Numbered from the stretch's first letter, positions 28,936 to 39,261 are shown. The stretch is 64,000 nucleotides of DNA from Gammaproteobacteria bacterium (GCA_965277405.1 OZ255726.1:928001-992000); one strand, 5' to 3'. Made by a program: numbers and translations. Notes: generated by a model from the sequence alone, not told the origin.

Positions 28936-31111
28936 GCATATCCCCAGCCGAGAGAAGATTCTTGCTGCCATTCGCAACGCCGCCACTCCGCTCACCCAAA
29001 TTGCGCTGCAGCAACATACTGGCTATGGCGATAATTCCATTGAAACCGTCCAAAAACGCTTGTGCGCCATGGAACGCGATGGGCAAATCTCCATCAACAC
29101 CGACCTCCTATTAGCTATTACCACAACTGAGTTCATTGGCGCGGTTGTCAAATGCCAACGCGACGGTCGGATGACATGTATCAATACGCAAACTGATGAG
29201 CGTATATTTCTCGGTAGACGTCAAGCTGCCAAAGTTTTTGATGGAGATGAGGTGCGGGTTATCACGCACACTTCATACCAAAAATTGATGGGGAAAATTG
29301 TTGAAGTCACCCAGCGCAATACCACATCGGTTGTCGGGACGCTGTCCCGAGTTAATACACAGTGGCTGCTGCATCCACAAAACCCACGTAATACCCATAC
29401 AATTTATATTGACGGCAAACATCACGGTAAAGTTAATGACTTAGTCACCTGCACCATCACCGCACAGCCAACATCACACCTGCCACCGCGCGGCACGGTT
29501 ACCCAAGTCCTTGGCAAAACCGTAGACGAGCACACTATCATCGCCATGATGATTCATGAGTTTCACCTTGAAACAACGTTTTCTCAAGGCAGCCTGCGCC
29601 AATGCAAAAAACTCCCAGCCAATGTTGGTAATGACGATTTACACTGCCGCTTTGATCTACGCGACACACCATTTGTTACCATCGATGGCGAAGACGCCAA
29701 AGACTTTGACGATGCGGTGTACTGCCAAACAGTTGCCGACGGGTGGAAATTATCCGTAGCAATTGCCGATGTTGCTGAATACGTGCCGCTCGACAGTCCG
29801 CTCGATGCAGACGCAAAAATACGCGGCACCTCGGTGTATTTTCCAAATACGGTTATGCCGATGCTCCCAGAGCAGCTTGCAAATAACTTATGTTCATTGT
29901 TGCCGCAGCAAGACCGCTTAGTGGTTACCTGCGCGATGAAAATATCAGCAACAGGCGAGCTTACAGAATTTGAATTATTTGAAGGAGTCATCCATTCACA
30001 GGCCCGCTTAACATACACAGAAGTAGCAGCTTTCATCGCCACACAATCGAGCACTGTATCCCCAGCAGTACAGCACAGTCTGTTAGCATTGCATGGCTTA
30101 TTTAAACACTTGCACGCAATGCGGCAAGAGCGCGGCGCGATTGAGTTTACCAGCATACAGTCTACACCACGTTTCTCAAAAGATGGCAATATTGAAAGCT
30201 TTCAAGCCACACCAAGAAACTGCGCACACTTGATGATTGAAGAGGCAATGCTGCTGACGAATGTCTGCGTTGCCAAGTTCATGCTAACGCATAAATCACC
30301 AGGATTATACCGTGTCCATAGCAATCCTACCGTAACCGACGTTGCCGCGTTGCGCGACACGTTACTCGCGCTTGGCATCAAACCAACATGGCAAGGGACA
30401 ACTGTAACACCCAAGCAAATGCAACAATTACTAGGGTTAGTCAAACAACGTCAACCAAACTATTTTTCTCTGGTTGAATACGCGCTGCTGCGCAGCTTAC
30501 CTCAAGCCAATTATCAAGAGTCTAACGCCGGCCATTTTGGCTTAGGGTATCAACAGTATTGCCACTTTACTTCGCCGATTCGCCGCTATCCAGATTTAGT
30601 GACCCATCGTGCAGTAAAGGCGGCAATTCATTCTAAACTCCGCACATATATTCGTAAACACCAGGCAGCAACAGCACGGCCTCGTCCAGTTCACCAACAT
30701 TTACCCAGCATTGCCGCAGCATGTTCGCGAACAGAGCGCGTGGCAGAAAAAGCCTCGCGCATGGCCAATAGGTATTTTCAATGTTTGTTAGCGCAACAGC
30801 ACTTAAACAATGTAATGACTGGGGTCATCCGCAATGTGACCGCGTTTGGATTATTCGTCAACCTGCCAATCGAAATCGAAGGTCTGCTGCATATACGCAA
30901 CCTTGACAATGAATATTATGTATACGCAAGTGAACAACAAGCGCTGATTGGGCAACGCAGCCAGCGTCGTTTTGCCATGGGCGACAGTATCAAAGTCAAA
31001 ATTGCTGCTGTAGATATCCAGCAACAAGAGGTCGACTTGCGGCTGGTTGACGACACCGCGGCAGCAAAAAAATTGCGCAAATCTAGCAAACATAAGCGCA
31101 ACAAAAAATAA
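28922..31111 (+). CDS. rnr: Ribonuclease R
   Basis: TIDGEDAKDFDDA, HFTSPIRRYPDL, C-terminal S1 domain and basic tail. Confidence 0.95.
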   Translation: MEQPEHIPSREKILAAIRNAATPLTQIALQQHTGYGDNSIETVQKRLCAMERDGQISINTDLLLAITTTEFIGAVVKCQRDGRMTCINTQTDERIFLGRRQAAKVFDGDEVRVITHTSYQKLMGKIVEVTQRNTTSVVGTLSRVNTQWLLHPQNPRNTHTIYIDGKHHGKVNDLVTCTITAQPTSHLPPRGTVTQVLGKTVDEHTIIAMMIHEFHLETTFSQGSLRQCKKLPANVGNDDLHCRFDLRDTPFVTIDGEDAKDFDDAVYCQTVADGWKLSVAIADVAEYVPLDSPLDADAKIRGTSVYFPNTVMPMLPEQLANNLCSLLPQQDRLVVTCAMKISATGELTEFELFEGVIHSQARLTYTEVAAFIATQSSTVSPAVQHSLLALHGLFKHLHAMRQERGAIEFTSIQSTPRFSKDGNIESFQATPRNCAHLMIEEAMLLTNVCVAKFMLTHKSPGLYRVHSNPTVTDVAALRDTLLALGIKPTWQGTTVTPKQMQQLLGLVKQRQPNYFSLVEYALLRSLPQANYQESNAGHFGLGYQQYCHFTSPIRRYPDLVTHRAVKAAIHSKLRTYIRKHQAATARPRPVHQHLPSIAAACSRTERVAEKASRMANRYFQCLLAQQHLNNVMTGVIRNVTAFGLFVNLPIEIEGLLHIRNLDNEYYVYASEQQALIGQRSQRRFAMGDSIKVKIAAVDIQQQEVDLRLVDDTAAAKKLRKSSKHKRNKK

Positions 31112-31118
31112 GGATGAT

Positions 31119-31868
31119 ATGGCAAAGACAGCGCATAAAATCCCTATCCCTGGCTTTCATGCAATCGAGGCATTGTGTGAAGACTACCCTCATATGCTGC
31201 TAGAAATTTGGCACAAACCTCTATCCGCAAGTGCACGTCTCAAACATATTCAAACCATTGCAACCGCCAATGGGATTGCGGTGCACGAAGTCCGTCCGGA
31301 TACCTTAGAGCAAATAACCCAAAGCCACCAAGGCATCATTGCTTGGGCACGACCGCCACAGGTGATGGATATTAAACTCCTTCCGCAGCATATTACCGCT
31401 AAACCTTCAGTAATAATTTTAGTCCTTGCTGCAATTCTCGACCCGCATAATGTTGGCGCATGTTTACGCAGTGCGGAAGCCTGCGGTACTGATGCGGTAG
31501 TACTGGTAGGGTCTACCACCCCTAAAACAGCAACCGTCGTCAAAACATCTACAGGTGCGGTATATCGGCTACCATTGTTCTCTGCTGGGATGGAGCAAGC
31601 ATTAGCCGTATTTAAATCTAACGCCATCGAGACAATTGCAACAACAATGACGGCGCAAACCACGCTTTGGGATGGGGAGTTTTCTAGCCGGGTCGCTGTC
31701 ATTATGGGGGGTGAGCAACAAGGCATTCACGAGTCCATTATCCGCAAGTGCGACCAACAGGTGTCAATCCCCATGGCTGGTAAAACAGCGAGCCTCAACG
31801 TTTCGGTTGCATCTGGTGTCATGCTCTACGAATTACGCCGTAGACAACAACAGACTTTGTCAGATTAA
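31119..31868 (+). CDS. rlmB: 23S rRNA Gm2251 methyltransferase
   Basis: GFHAI, HQGI, DPHNVGACLRSA, SLNVSVA; follows rnr. Confidence 0.93.
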   Translation: MAKTAHKIPIPGFHAIEALCEDYPHMLLEIWHKPLSASARLKHIQTIATANGIAVHEVRPDTLEQITQSHQGIIAWARPPQVMDIKLLPQHITAKPSVIILVLAAILDPHNVGACLRSAEACGTDAVVLVGSTTPKTATVVKTSTGAVYRLPLFSAGMEQALAVFKSNAIETIATTMTAQTTLWDGEFSSRVAVIMGGEQQGIHESIIRKCDQQVSIPMAGKTASLNVSVASGVMLYELRRRQQQTLSD

Positions 31869-31943
31869 CGCTGACCCAGCAAGTTTTAAACTTGATCACC
31901 TACCTGCAAAGTTATAAGATGAATGAAACTATGTAACTTATGT

Positions 31944-33164
31944 GGTCTGTTGCAAATAGGTCAAAACTTGCTATAAATTGAAAATTTTGTACAAACACAG
32001 AATTTTCTATCAATCCAAGGTTTAACAATCAATATTTACTGGTATTTTCAGTCAAATAGCTGTTTTTTGGCGCAGTTATCCTACAAAACGCCACCATACT
32101 TTACGTCTAACACCACCTGTCTTTTCAGGTTAAATGCAAGACACTCCAGAAATATCGCAAACTGATTCTTTGCTTCTCCCACATATCTAACCCGATGATT
32201 GGTTTTTGAAAATACTCTTTCATACGGAGAACGCAGCTTGCTAAAGAATGTATCTTGGTCTTTGTTTTTATCTTTCATATTATTCTTTTTTATAGCTGCC
32301 AAATGGCAACGCTTTTTAGCGGCTGCATGTCTTGCTCCTTTGCTGCAATAACCTTTATCTGCATATATAGCTCCTTGTGTTGGAATAACATGACCAATAC
32401 CTTGTCCGTCTGTTACGTTAGCTGGAGTTATCGCTACTTTATTAATCAAGCCTGACTGCATATCAACACTAATATGTTTCTTATAGCCATACCAAAATTT
32501 ACCGTTATCTTTGCAGCCAATGCTGGCTTGTTTGTCTGTAGCTACTTTAGGCAAAACCTCATTATTAAGTTTGGCGTACTTTTGCTGGATTGCTCTATCT
32601 CCCTCTTCCCACAAATTAGCTTTAGCTATTAAATGAGAGGCATCTATACAAGTAAATACCTCATTCATGTACCCATGTTGTTGCAATTGAGCGCGAACAT
32701 CTGCAAATATCTTAGATAATTGGTGCGTACCTATACGCGCTCTAGCTCTTGTAAATACTGTATGATCTGGCGTAGGCGCGGTTAACGCTACATTAAAAAA
32801 CCATTACAAAACTATTTAACAGCGGTGTTTTCTGTTAAGTAACTTTCAAGCTCTCTATCACTTAAATCTTCTAAGTGTTGCAGCAGTAGTGCTTTAAATA
32901 ACAGTTCTATACCATATCCTTTATAGTTGCTAGAGCCTTGTGCTGTTTTTAAATATTTATTATCTAAGCGGCGAATATCTATTAATTGAACAAACTTTCG
33001 GTATATATGATCAGCGGCTACTAGATCTTCTAGGCAATCATTTCTACTTGTCTATGCATGATATTTAAAATATAAGGTATGTAGTTGAGTTGAATGATTT
33101 TACACTAGGCTATAAGCAATATACCTAATCAACAAGATTATTTGCCTTCTATTTGCAACAGTCC
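31944..33164 (-). mobile_element. IS5-family (IS1106-like) insertion sequence
   Basis: 16-bp inverted repeats GGTCTGTTGCAAATAG / CTATTTGCAACAGTCC (1 mismatch); no flanking duplication. Confidence 0.88.
32081..33059 (-). pseudogene. Frameshifted IS5-family DDE transposase
   Basis: LSDRELE, PDHTVF, IDAS, YGYKKH, YADKGY, RSPYERVF; disruptions near 33030 and 32810. Confidence 0.85.
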
Positions 33165-33300
33165 CGATACAGAAGATTACGACCAATTGGCAGCAACGCT
33201 GCCAAAGTTATTGGAGAATGCCGACCTAGTAAAGCTAACCAAAGCATTAGCAACAGCGGGGCTAATTAGCTACGGAATAGGTGTAGCAGCTAGCGAATGA
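33165..33300 (+). pseudogene. C-terminal remnant of a Mu gp29-like portal
   Basis: ...EDYDQLAATLPKLLENADLVKLTKALATAGLISYG...; stop overlaps the MuF start; cut by the IS. Confidence 0.6.
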
Positions 33301-34826
33301 TACAGCCAGCTACGCCGCCACCCCCCAAGGAAGCGTTGGCGTATTTACGCGCTAAAGGATACAAAATAGGCTGGGATTATTGGGACGTGTGGCGCGAAGA
33401 ACACGTTCACGCTTTCACCGTTGCCAAAGCCATGACCCAAGACCTGCTTATCGATATCCGCAAAGCTCTTGATGAAGCTTTGGCGCAAGGCCAAACATTT
33501 CGTCAATTCAAAAAGGAAATAGAACCTATTCTTGGCAAACGCGGCTGGCTTGGCAAAGTCACTATGCCTGACGGCGCAACCGTAGAACTTGGCACGCCAC
33601 GGCGGCTAAAGATAATCTACGATACTAATATGAGAACCGCCCGCACAGCGGGACAATGGCAGCGAATCGAACGCAACAAAGACGCACTACCTTACTTGAT
33701 GTATAGCTTGGGACCGTCGCGAGAACATCGGCTGCAACATACTGCTTGGGATGGTTTGGTTCTTGCTGTTGACGATACTTTTTGGAACACCCACATGCCG
33801 CCGAATGGCTGGGGGTGTCGCTGTCGGGTCCGTCAGCTGACGAAACGCGATGCTGATAGGCGCGGCGGTATCGCCAAAACTCCAAAAATAGAAACAACGC
33901 CGTGGCAAAACAAGCGTACAGGACAGCTTCAGGAGGTGCCTACAGGCATCGACCCCGGTTGGGATTATAACCCAGGCAAAGTGCGTTCAGGGAAAGCCCA
34001 ACAATTCAGCCAAGATAAAGATGCGGAATTTAAACGTATTGTTGGTACGGCGGCAGCGGCAGTAAAAGTAGAGCGGCGCGCTATCCCGAGTGCTATGTCT
34101 ACATTAAAAAACATATCCGCAGAAAATATAGACGATGTGTTGCAGCAATTACCGGCTGCTGAAGATCGTTTGAAAAAGGTAATTGCTTTCACCAACGCCA
34201 AAGGAACAAAGACATTAATCATTCGTCAAGCTGAAATGGGTCGGCTAAATAGTGCTGCCATGAAAATAAGGGAGCAGGTCTTAGCTTATCTAGATAAAAA
34301 CCAACACAAGTATGGCACCCGTAACTATACAATAAACGGACATGGTAGCACTGATGGCTTTAGTGGTATATCATTCAACCATGTGGTGATCAAAGGCAAC
34401 AGCAAAGTTAATTTTAATACAGCGGATAACAAGGGGCTTGCTGTAGAATTAAACCAAGCGGTTGCTCATGCTGCTGCAACGAGGAAGAAGATACCCCGTA
34501 ACTTGTTAGAAAAAAAACCAGAATTGGCACAAAAACCAGAAGTTTGGACATTGGGTTACAGTGGTAGCAAAGAAGCTAAAATAATCGCCACATGGGTTCA
34601 TGAATTGGGTCATCAAGTACATTATTGGGCTGGTGCGCCCGATGCCCCTACTGGGTCAAAGTATCTGACAAAATATAGTCAAGCCAACAAGTACGAATAC
34701 CACGCTGAACATTTCAGCGCATGGTTATTTAACCGAGATGGTTTGGCGAAGTTTGATCCAGCAGCAGCCAAGCATTTTGATGAATTGATAGAAAAAGCCA
34801 TTCAAGGCAAACACAGGACACGCTAA
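33297..34826 (+). CDS. MuF (Mu gp30-like) minor head protein with C-terminal HExxH metallopeptidase-like extension
   Basis: AFTVAK, RLKIIYDTN, PPNGWGCRC, IDPGWDYNPG, then about 280 extra aa with WVHELGH...EYHAE. Confidence 0.85.
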   Translation: MIQPATPPPPKEALAYLRAKGYKIGWDYWDVWREEHVHAFTVAKAMTQDLLIDIRKALDEALAQGQTFRQFKKEIEPILGKRGWLGKVTMPDGATVELGTPRRLKIIYDTNMRTARTAGQWQRIERNKDALPYLMYSLGPSREHRLQHTAWDGLVLAVDDTFWNTHMPPNGWGCRCRVRQLTKRDADRRGGIAKTPKIETTPWQNKRTGQLQEVPTGIDPGWDYNPGKVRSGKAQQFSQDKDAEFKRIVGTAAAAVKVERRAIPSAMSTLKNISAENIDDVLQQLPAAEDRLKKVIAFTNAKGTKTLIIRQAEMGRLNSAAMKIREQVLAYLDKNQHKYGTRNYTINGHGSTDGFSGISFNHVVIKGNSKVNFNTADNKGLAVELNQAVAHAAATRKKIPRNLLEKKPELAQKPEVWTLGYSGSKEAKIIATWVHELGHQVHYWAGAPDAPTGSKYLTKYSQANKYEYHAEHFSAWLFNRDGLAKFDPAAAKHFDELIEKAIQGKHRTR

Positions 34827-35008
34827 TGACAGAAGAAGAGGCAATTCAAACATCACTAAAGCTGCTAAAACAAGATGCAACTGTTGCAACGGGCAAAGCC
34901 CTTGAAGCGTTGGAACCGCATATACCGGCTGATAAATTTGGTAATCTATGGGAAGCCTTCCTTGCTTCAGCACCTATTGAAGTACTCATAGAACTAGATA
35001 ATCAATAA
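34826..35008 (+). CDS. Small acidic protein, candidate immunity protein
   Basis: 60 aa, translationally coupled (TAATG) to MuF. Confidence 0.5.
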   Translation: MTEEEAIQTSLKLLKQDATVATGKALEALEPHIPADKFGNLWEAFLASAPIEVLIELDNQ

Positions 35009-35015
35009 ACCCTCG

Positions 35016-35039
35016 CCACAGGTATAGTTTTTTACCTGA
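35016..35039 (+). promoter_or_regulatory. Late-promoter activator box, copy 1
   Basis: CCACAGGTATAGTTTTTTACCTGA, identical to 43057-43080; CAGGTA-N8-TACCTG dyad. Confidence 0.7.
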
Positions 35040-35072
35040 ACCCCCGCCGTGTTTAACGCTACGGTGGTGGGC

Positions 35073-36095
35073 ATGACGGCAACAACTTTTGCATTAAATA
35101 CTGAACTTCGGCCGCTTTTGGAAGCAATAGCTGCACAAAAAGCTGCGCCGTTGTGGGTGGAACTTATACCTGCGGGCAAGGCTGTCGCCGGTAGGGATGG
35201 TCGTGAGTGGCTCAACGCCAACCCCAAGCAAATTGTTGATGCTTTTGCAAAAAATGCCGCTTACCTCCCTATCGATTTAGAACATTCTACGGAGCATAAA
35301 GCCCCAAAAGGTGAACCCGCCCCAGCTGTAGGATGGCTAAAAGCACTGCAAGCACGTGAAGGTGGCGCAATTTGGGGACTTGTCGAATGGACCGATGAAG
35401 GACGGGCGTTGCTTGAAGCAAAAGCATACAAATATTTATCGCCTGTATTCTCCTTCAACACAGCAAACAAACAGATCACACAACTGTATTCGGCTGGTTT
35501 AACCAATCAGCCCAACCTGCATTTAACCGCGCTGAACCAGCGCATCAACAACTTTATTGGAGAAGAAGCTATGAGCGTATCACCAGCTATCTGTACCGCG
35601 CTGGGTCTGCCAGCGCAAGCTACTGAAGAGCAAACCGTATCTGCCATTAACCAGCTGCAAACAGACAAAGACAAGGCTCTTAATACTGCTGCCAATAATC
35701 CGTCTTTACCGTCTTTACCGTCTTTAGAAAAGTTTGTGCCACGCGCCGATCATGATGCCGCGTTGAATCGCGCTCAAAATGCCGAAACCAAGCTGCAGGA
35801 AATCCAAGACACCACATTAAATCTGCAAATTGAAGACGAATTGGATAAAGCACAACAAGCAGGAACGATTACCCCCGCGACATTGGCTTATCACCGCGCT
35901 TGCTGCAAACAAGCAGGGGGGCTGCAACGTTTTCAAGAATTTGTTAAGTCAGCCCCAAAGTTTGGTGCAGACACCGACTTGGACAACAAGGCGGCAAACA
36001 AACACCGCAAAGGTTTGAGTGAAGAAGACAAGGCAGCGTGTCGCTTACTCGGGGTAGCTGAAGACGAATTTACTACAACCAAGGAGGCCGCGTAA
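35073..36095 (+). CDS. Mu gp32-like prohead protease (I) with embedded scaffold
   Basis: GRDGR, IDLEH, APAVGW, YKYLSPVF, GLTNQPNL. Confidence 0.92.
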   Translation: MTATTFALNTELRPLLEAIAAQKAAPLWVELIPAGKAVAGRDGREWLNANPKQIVDAFAKNAAYLPIDLEHSTEHKAPKGEPAPAVGWLKALQAREGGAIWGLVEWTDEGRALLEAKAYKYLSPVFSFNTANKQITQLYSAGLTNQPNLHLTALNQRINNFIGEEAMSVSPAICTALGLPAQATEEQTVSAINQLQTDKDKALNTAANNPSLPSLPSLEKFVPRADHDAALNRAQNAETKLQEIQDTTLNLQIEDELDKAQQAGTITPATLAYHRACCKQAGGLQRFQEFVKSAPKFGADTDLDNKAANKHRKGLSEEDKAACRLLGVAEDEFTTTKEAA

Positions 36096-37015
36096 TGGCT
36101 ATCGTAACCCCACAATTGTTGACGAGTTTATTTACAGGTTATCAAACTAGTTTTCAAAACGGGCTAGGAATGGCGCAGCCGCAATATACAAAAATTGCGA
36201 GTGTTATTAAATCATCAAGTGCCAGTAACACTTATGGTTGGCTGGGGCAATGGCCGGGCTTTCGCGAATGGATTGGCGATCGCAGCATTAAAGATATGGA
36301 AGCACAAGGCTACCAAATTTTTAACAAACAATTTGAAAGCACTGTTGGCGTGAAACGTACTGATATCGAAGATGACAATCTAGGCATTTACACGCCGATG
36401 ATGCAAGAAATGGGTCGTGCTACTAATATATTCCCCGATGAGTTAATTTTTCCGCTATTAAAGGCTGGTTTTGATTCTGAATGTTATGACGGTCAATACT
36501 TTTTTGACAATGACCACCCACTCAACGACCAAGTAGACGGACAAGGGACAGATGCCAGCGCATCAAATATACTTGTCGATGCTAATTACACCGGTGAAGC
36601 GTGGTACTTGCTCGATACTTCCCGTGCATTAAAACCTTTAATATACCAACAGCGGAAAACTCCTAAGCTAGTTAGCATGACTAAAGACGATGATGAGTCT
36701 GTTTTTATGCGCGGCGAATACAGATATGGTGTTGACCTACGTTGTAACGCTGGTTTCGGCTTTTGGCAAATGGCTCACGGGGTACAAGCCGACCTTACTT
36801 TAAATAACTTATGGGCGGTATACAGCGCCATGCGTCAGCGTAAAGCTGACGGCGGCCGCCCTTTGGGGATTAAACCAAATATGCTGGTTATTCCCGCGTC
36901 GTTAGAAAAACAGGCTACACAATTGCTAGAACGCGAGTTGTTTGTAGACGGTACTGACCATGTTTCTAATGAGATGAAAGGTAAATTTGCAATAGTTATA
37001 GCTGATTATTTGTAA
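36095..37015 (+). CDS. Mu gpT-like major capsid protein
   Basis: NTYGWLGQWPGFREWIGDR, IEDDNLG, CYDGQYFFDNDHP, GFGFWQMA. Confidence 0.95.
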   Translation: MAIVTPQLLTSLFTGYQTSFQNGLGMAQPQYTKIASVIKSSSASNTYGWLGQWPGFREWIGDRSIKDMEAQGYQIFNKQFESTVGVKRTDIEDDNLGIYTPMMQEMGRATNIFPDELIFPLLKAGFDSECYDGQYFFDNDHPLNDQVDGQGTDASASNILVDANYTGEAWYLLDTSRALKPLIYQQRKTPKLVSMTKDDDESVFMRGEYRYGVDLRCNAGFGFWQMAHGVQADLTLNNLWAVYSAMRQRKADGGRPLGIKPNMLVIPASLEKQATQLLERELFVDGTDHVSNEMKGKFAIVIADYL

Positions 37016-37062
37016 CACCAGTAGCAGCATCGCCACTGGCTTTTGTATTGGAGAGCATACCC

Positions 37063-37401
37063 ATGAGTGAGTTACTTTTTATTCGTGCCAACAACAAGTT
37101 AGGGTTTCGTCGTGCTGGTGAGTTTTTTTCGTCACAAGGCAAAACCATTGACCCTGCAGACTTCACTAACAGCCAATTGCAACAATTCAAGGCTGAACCC
37201 ATGTTGCTTGTTACCGCTAAGGCAGCCGCCGGCGACCCGCCCGACGGGATTATTGAAGGCATTGTCGCAGCAATGGGCGTGATTGACCCAAACAAAAAAC
37301 CAAACGTAAAAGACCTGGTAAAAGTAATAGGTAAAGACATTACCGCCACGCAACGCGACACAGCTTGGGCGGTATATCAACAACGCTTCGCAGCAGGCTG
37401 A
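37063..37401 (+). CDS. Mu gp35/HI1506-like protein
   Basis: GFRRAG...QLQQFKAEPML; position after the capsid gene. Confidence 0.7.
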   Translation: MSELLFIRANNKLGFRRAGEFFSSQGKTIDPADFTNSQLQQFKAEPMLLVTAKAAAGDPPDGIIEGIVAAMGVIDPNKKPNVKDLVKVIGKDITATQRDTAWAVYQQRFAAG

Positions 37402-37407
37402 TTGATA

Positions 37408-37824
37408 ATGCCGTATGCAACCGTTGCAGCTATTACCAACAGATACGGTGATGATTTTTTGTATCCAATAGCTGACCGTGACAACGACGACACTTTAGAC
37501 ACTACCACTGTCGAAAATGCGTTGGCCGACGCCAGTAGTTTGATTGATTCGTATTTATCGACCCGTTACCCACTCCCCCTTGTGGCTTTTCCCGACCTGC
37601 TGCAGCGTTTGTGTGTAGATATCGCCGTGTATTGGTTGGCTAAAGACGGTGAAACAACCGAAGAAAAACGCCAACGGTATGCAGACGCGCTGGCATGGTT
37701 AGAACGCATAGCTACCGGTAAAGTTGCATTAAATATCACCGATTCTGAGCGCACTACGCCAATGCCAGCTATATCAGCTACCCGCGTGCGGTTATTTAGC
37801 CGCGCTACCTTGCAGGCGTTCTGA
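37408..37824 (+). CDS. Mu gp36-like head-tail adaptor (DUF1320)
   Basis: YATV, ALADASSLIDSYL..RYPLPL, DIAVYWL. Confidence 0.88.
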   Translation: MPYATVAAITNRYGDDFLYPIADRDNDDTLDTTTVENALADASSLIDSYLSTRYPLPLVAFPDLLQRLCVDIAVYWLAKDGETTEEKRQRYADALAWLERIATGKVALNITDSERTTPMPAISATRVRLFSRATLQAF

Positions 37825-38273
37825 TGGCAGGCGTCGGTGCTTCACTCGAATTGCGCGGCATTAAACACCTGAATAACGTGCTCGACCGCCTTGGCGGTGT
37901 TGACCCGCAGCGGCTGATGAGCGTATTGGGTAATATTGTTGAAAAGCAAACAGTAGCTAGAATAATCGACGGCAAAGCAAGTCCTGCTGGTGCACCGTGG
38001 CAGCCATGGTCACCAAGCTACGCCAAATCAAGGCACGGTAATCAAAACTTACTGCAAAGTAGCGGTGATTTAGTTGACTCTATTCAATCGATTTGCAGCG
38101 TTAGCGGTGCTGAAATTGGCAGCAATCTAGTGTATGCGGCAAGCCACCAATTTGGTGATGCCAAGCGGGGAATCCCGCAACGTGAATTTCTTGGCGTGAG
38201 TAATGACAACATAGTTGACTTGCACAATACCCTTGAAGATTGGGCGGATAATATGATTCAGGGGGCTGTATGA
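37824..38273 (+). CDS. Virion morphogenesis protein (Mu gpG / P2 gpS family)
   Basis: SPAGAPWQP, GSNLVYAASHQFG, IPQREFLG. Confidence 0.88.
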   Translation: MAGVGASLELRGIKHLNNVLDRLGGVDPQRLMSVLGNIVEKQTVARIIDGKASPAGAPWQPWSPSYAKSRHGNQNLLQSSGDLVDSIQSICSVSGAEIGSNLVYAASHQFGDAKRGIPQREFLGVSNDNIVDLHNTLEDWADNMIQGAV

Positions 38274-38794
38274 AATTTAAAGAACTACGCCGCGCGATTA
38301 TTAACAAAGTCAGCGCTGCATTACCAGAATTAAAAGTGGTTAGCCAGCACCCTGGCAGATTTAACCTCGATGAATTACAACGTATTGCCACCCAGCTACC
38401 AGCAGTGCGGGTAGCTTTGCTGGGTATGCCAACGGTTAATATTATAGCAACGGGTGAAAACGAAGCACAGCTGCGACTTGCGGCTTTTGTGGTGACGGGA
38501 GACCGCCGCCAACTACCCAAAGATGAAGCGGCGTTGGCAATTGTTGAACGTTTACTAGTTTTAATCCCTGGCCAACGCTGGGGGGTGAAAGGCACGCTGG
38601 CGGCAACGGGCGTTACAGCTGACAACTTGTTCAGCGGTAAAGTTCAACGCCAAGGCGTGGCTATGTGGGCGGTGAGTTGGGAGCAAGCCATCCGTATTGG
38701 ATCAGATGTTTGGGGCGGGGGGGTTATTCCTGCAGAAGTATATGTGTCCAACGACCCTGATAATGCCATCGATGACTATGAACGAGTGGTGTGA
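38270..38794 (+). CDS. Mu gp37-like tail terminator/connector
   Basis: HPGRF, PAVRVA, NLFSG..GVAMWAVSWEQ. Confidence 0.7.
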   Translation: MKFKELRRAIINKVSAALPELKVVSQHPGRFNLDELQRIATQLPAVRVALLGMPTVNIIATGENEAQLRLAAFVVTGDRRQLPKDEAALAIVERLLVLIPGQRWGVKGTLAATGVTADNLFSGKVQRQGVAMWAVSWEQAIRIGSDVWGGGVIPAEVYVSNDPDNAIDDYERVV

Positions 38795-39261
38795 TGCTGG
38801 ATAACGTATTGCAACGTTTGGCAGAAGTAGAACGCAGTCTAGCCAACATCTTCTTAATCGGCACTATTATCGATGCCGACTACGCCAACGCCCTGCTAAA
38901 AGTCGCAGCGGGGCAACTTGAAACAGGCTGGCTGGCTTGGATAACCCCCCGCGCTAACCAAGATATAGCTTGGTGGGCACCAGAAGTCGGGGAACAGGTT
39001 GTGGTGATGTGCCCAGGCGGTGACCCAGAATTGGGGGTGGTACTGCCAGCCATTTATCAAAACAAGTATCCAGCACCCGCCAATAAGCATACTGTTAGCA
39101 AAGTCATTTTTGCAGACGGAACTAGCGTTCAATATGACCGGGAGAGCCACTTGTTGACCCTTGATGTGAAAGGCAGTGTGAGCGTGAAGACCACAGGGAA
39201 TACAGAATTCAATTGTCAAGGCAAATTTAAAGTAACAGCAGCAAGGGTGGATTTAAACTGA
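38794..39261 (+). CDS. P2 gpV-like baseplate spike (short)
   Basis: TGWLAW, WWAPEVGEQV, FADG..VQYD. Confidence 0.9.
   Translation: MLDNVLQRLAEVERSLANIFLIGTIIDADYANALLKVAAGQLETGWLAWITPRANQDIAWWAPEVGEQVVVMCPGGDPELGVVLPAIYQNKYPAPANKHTVSKVIFADGTSVQYDRESHLLTLDVKGSVSVKTTGNTEFNCQGKFKVTAARVDLN

Noticed and set aside
31944-33164. This IS as the mobiliser of the MITE family
   Set aside because: Its ends (GGWCTGTTGCAAATAG) differ from the MITE ends; the relic at 56206 matches better.
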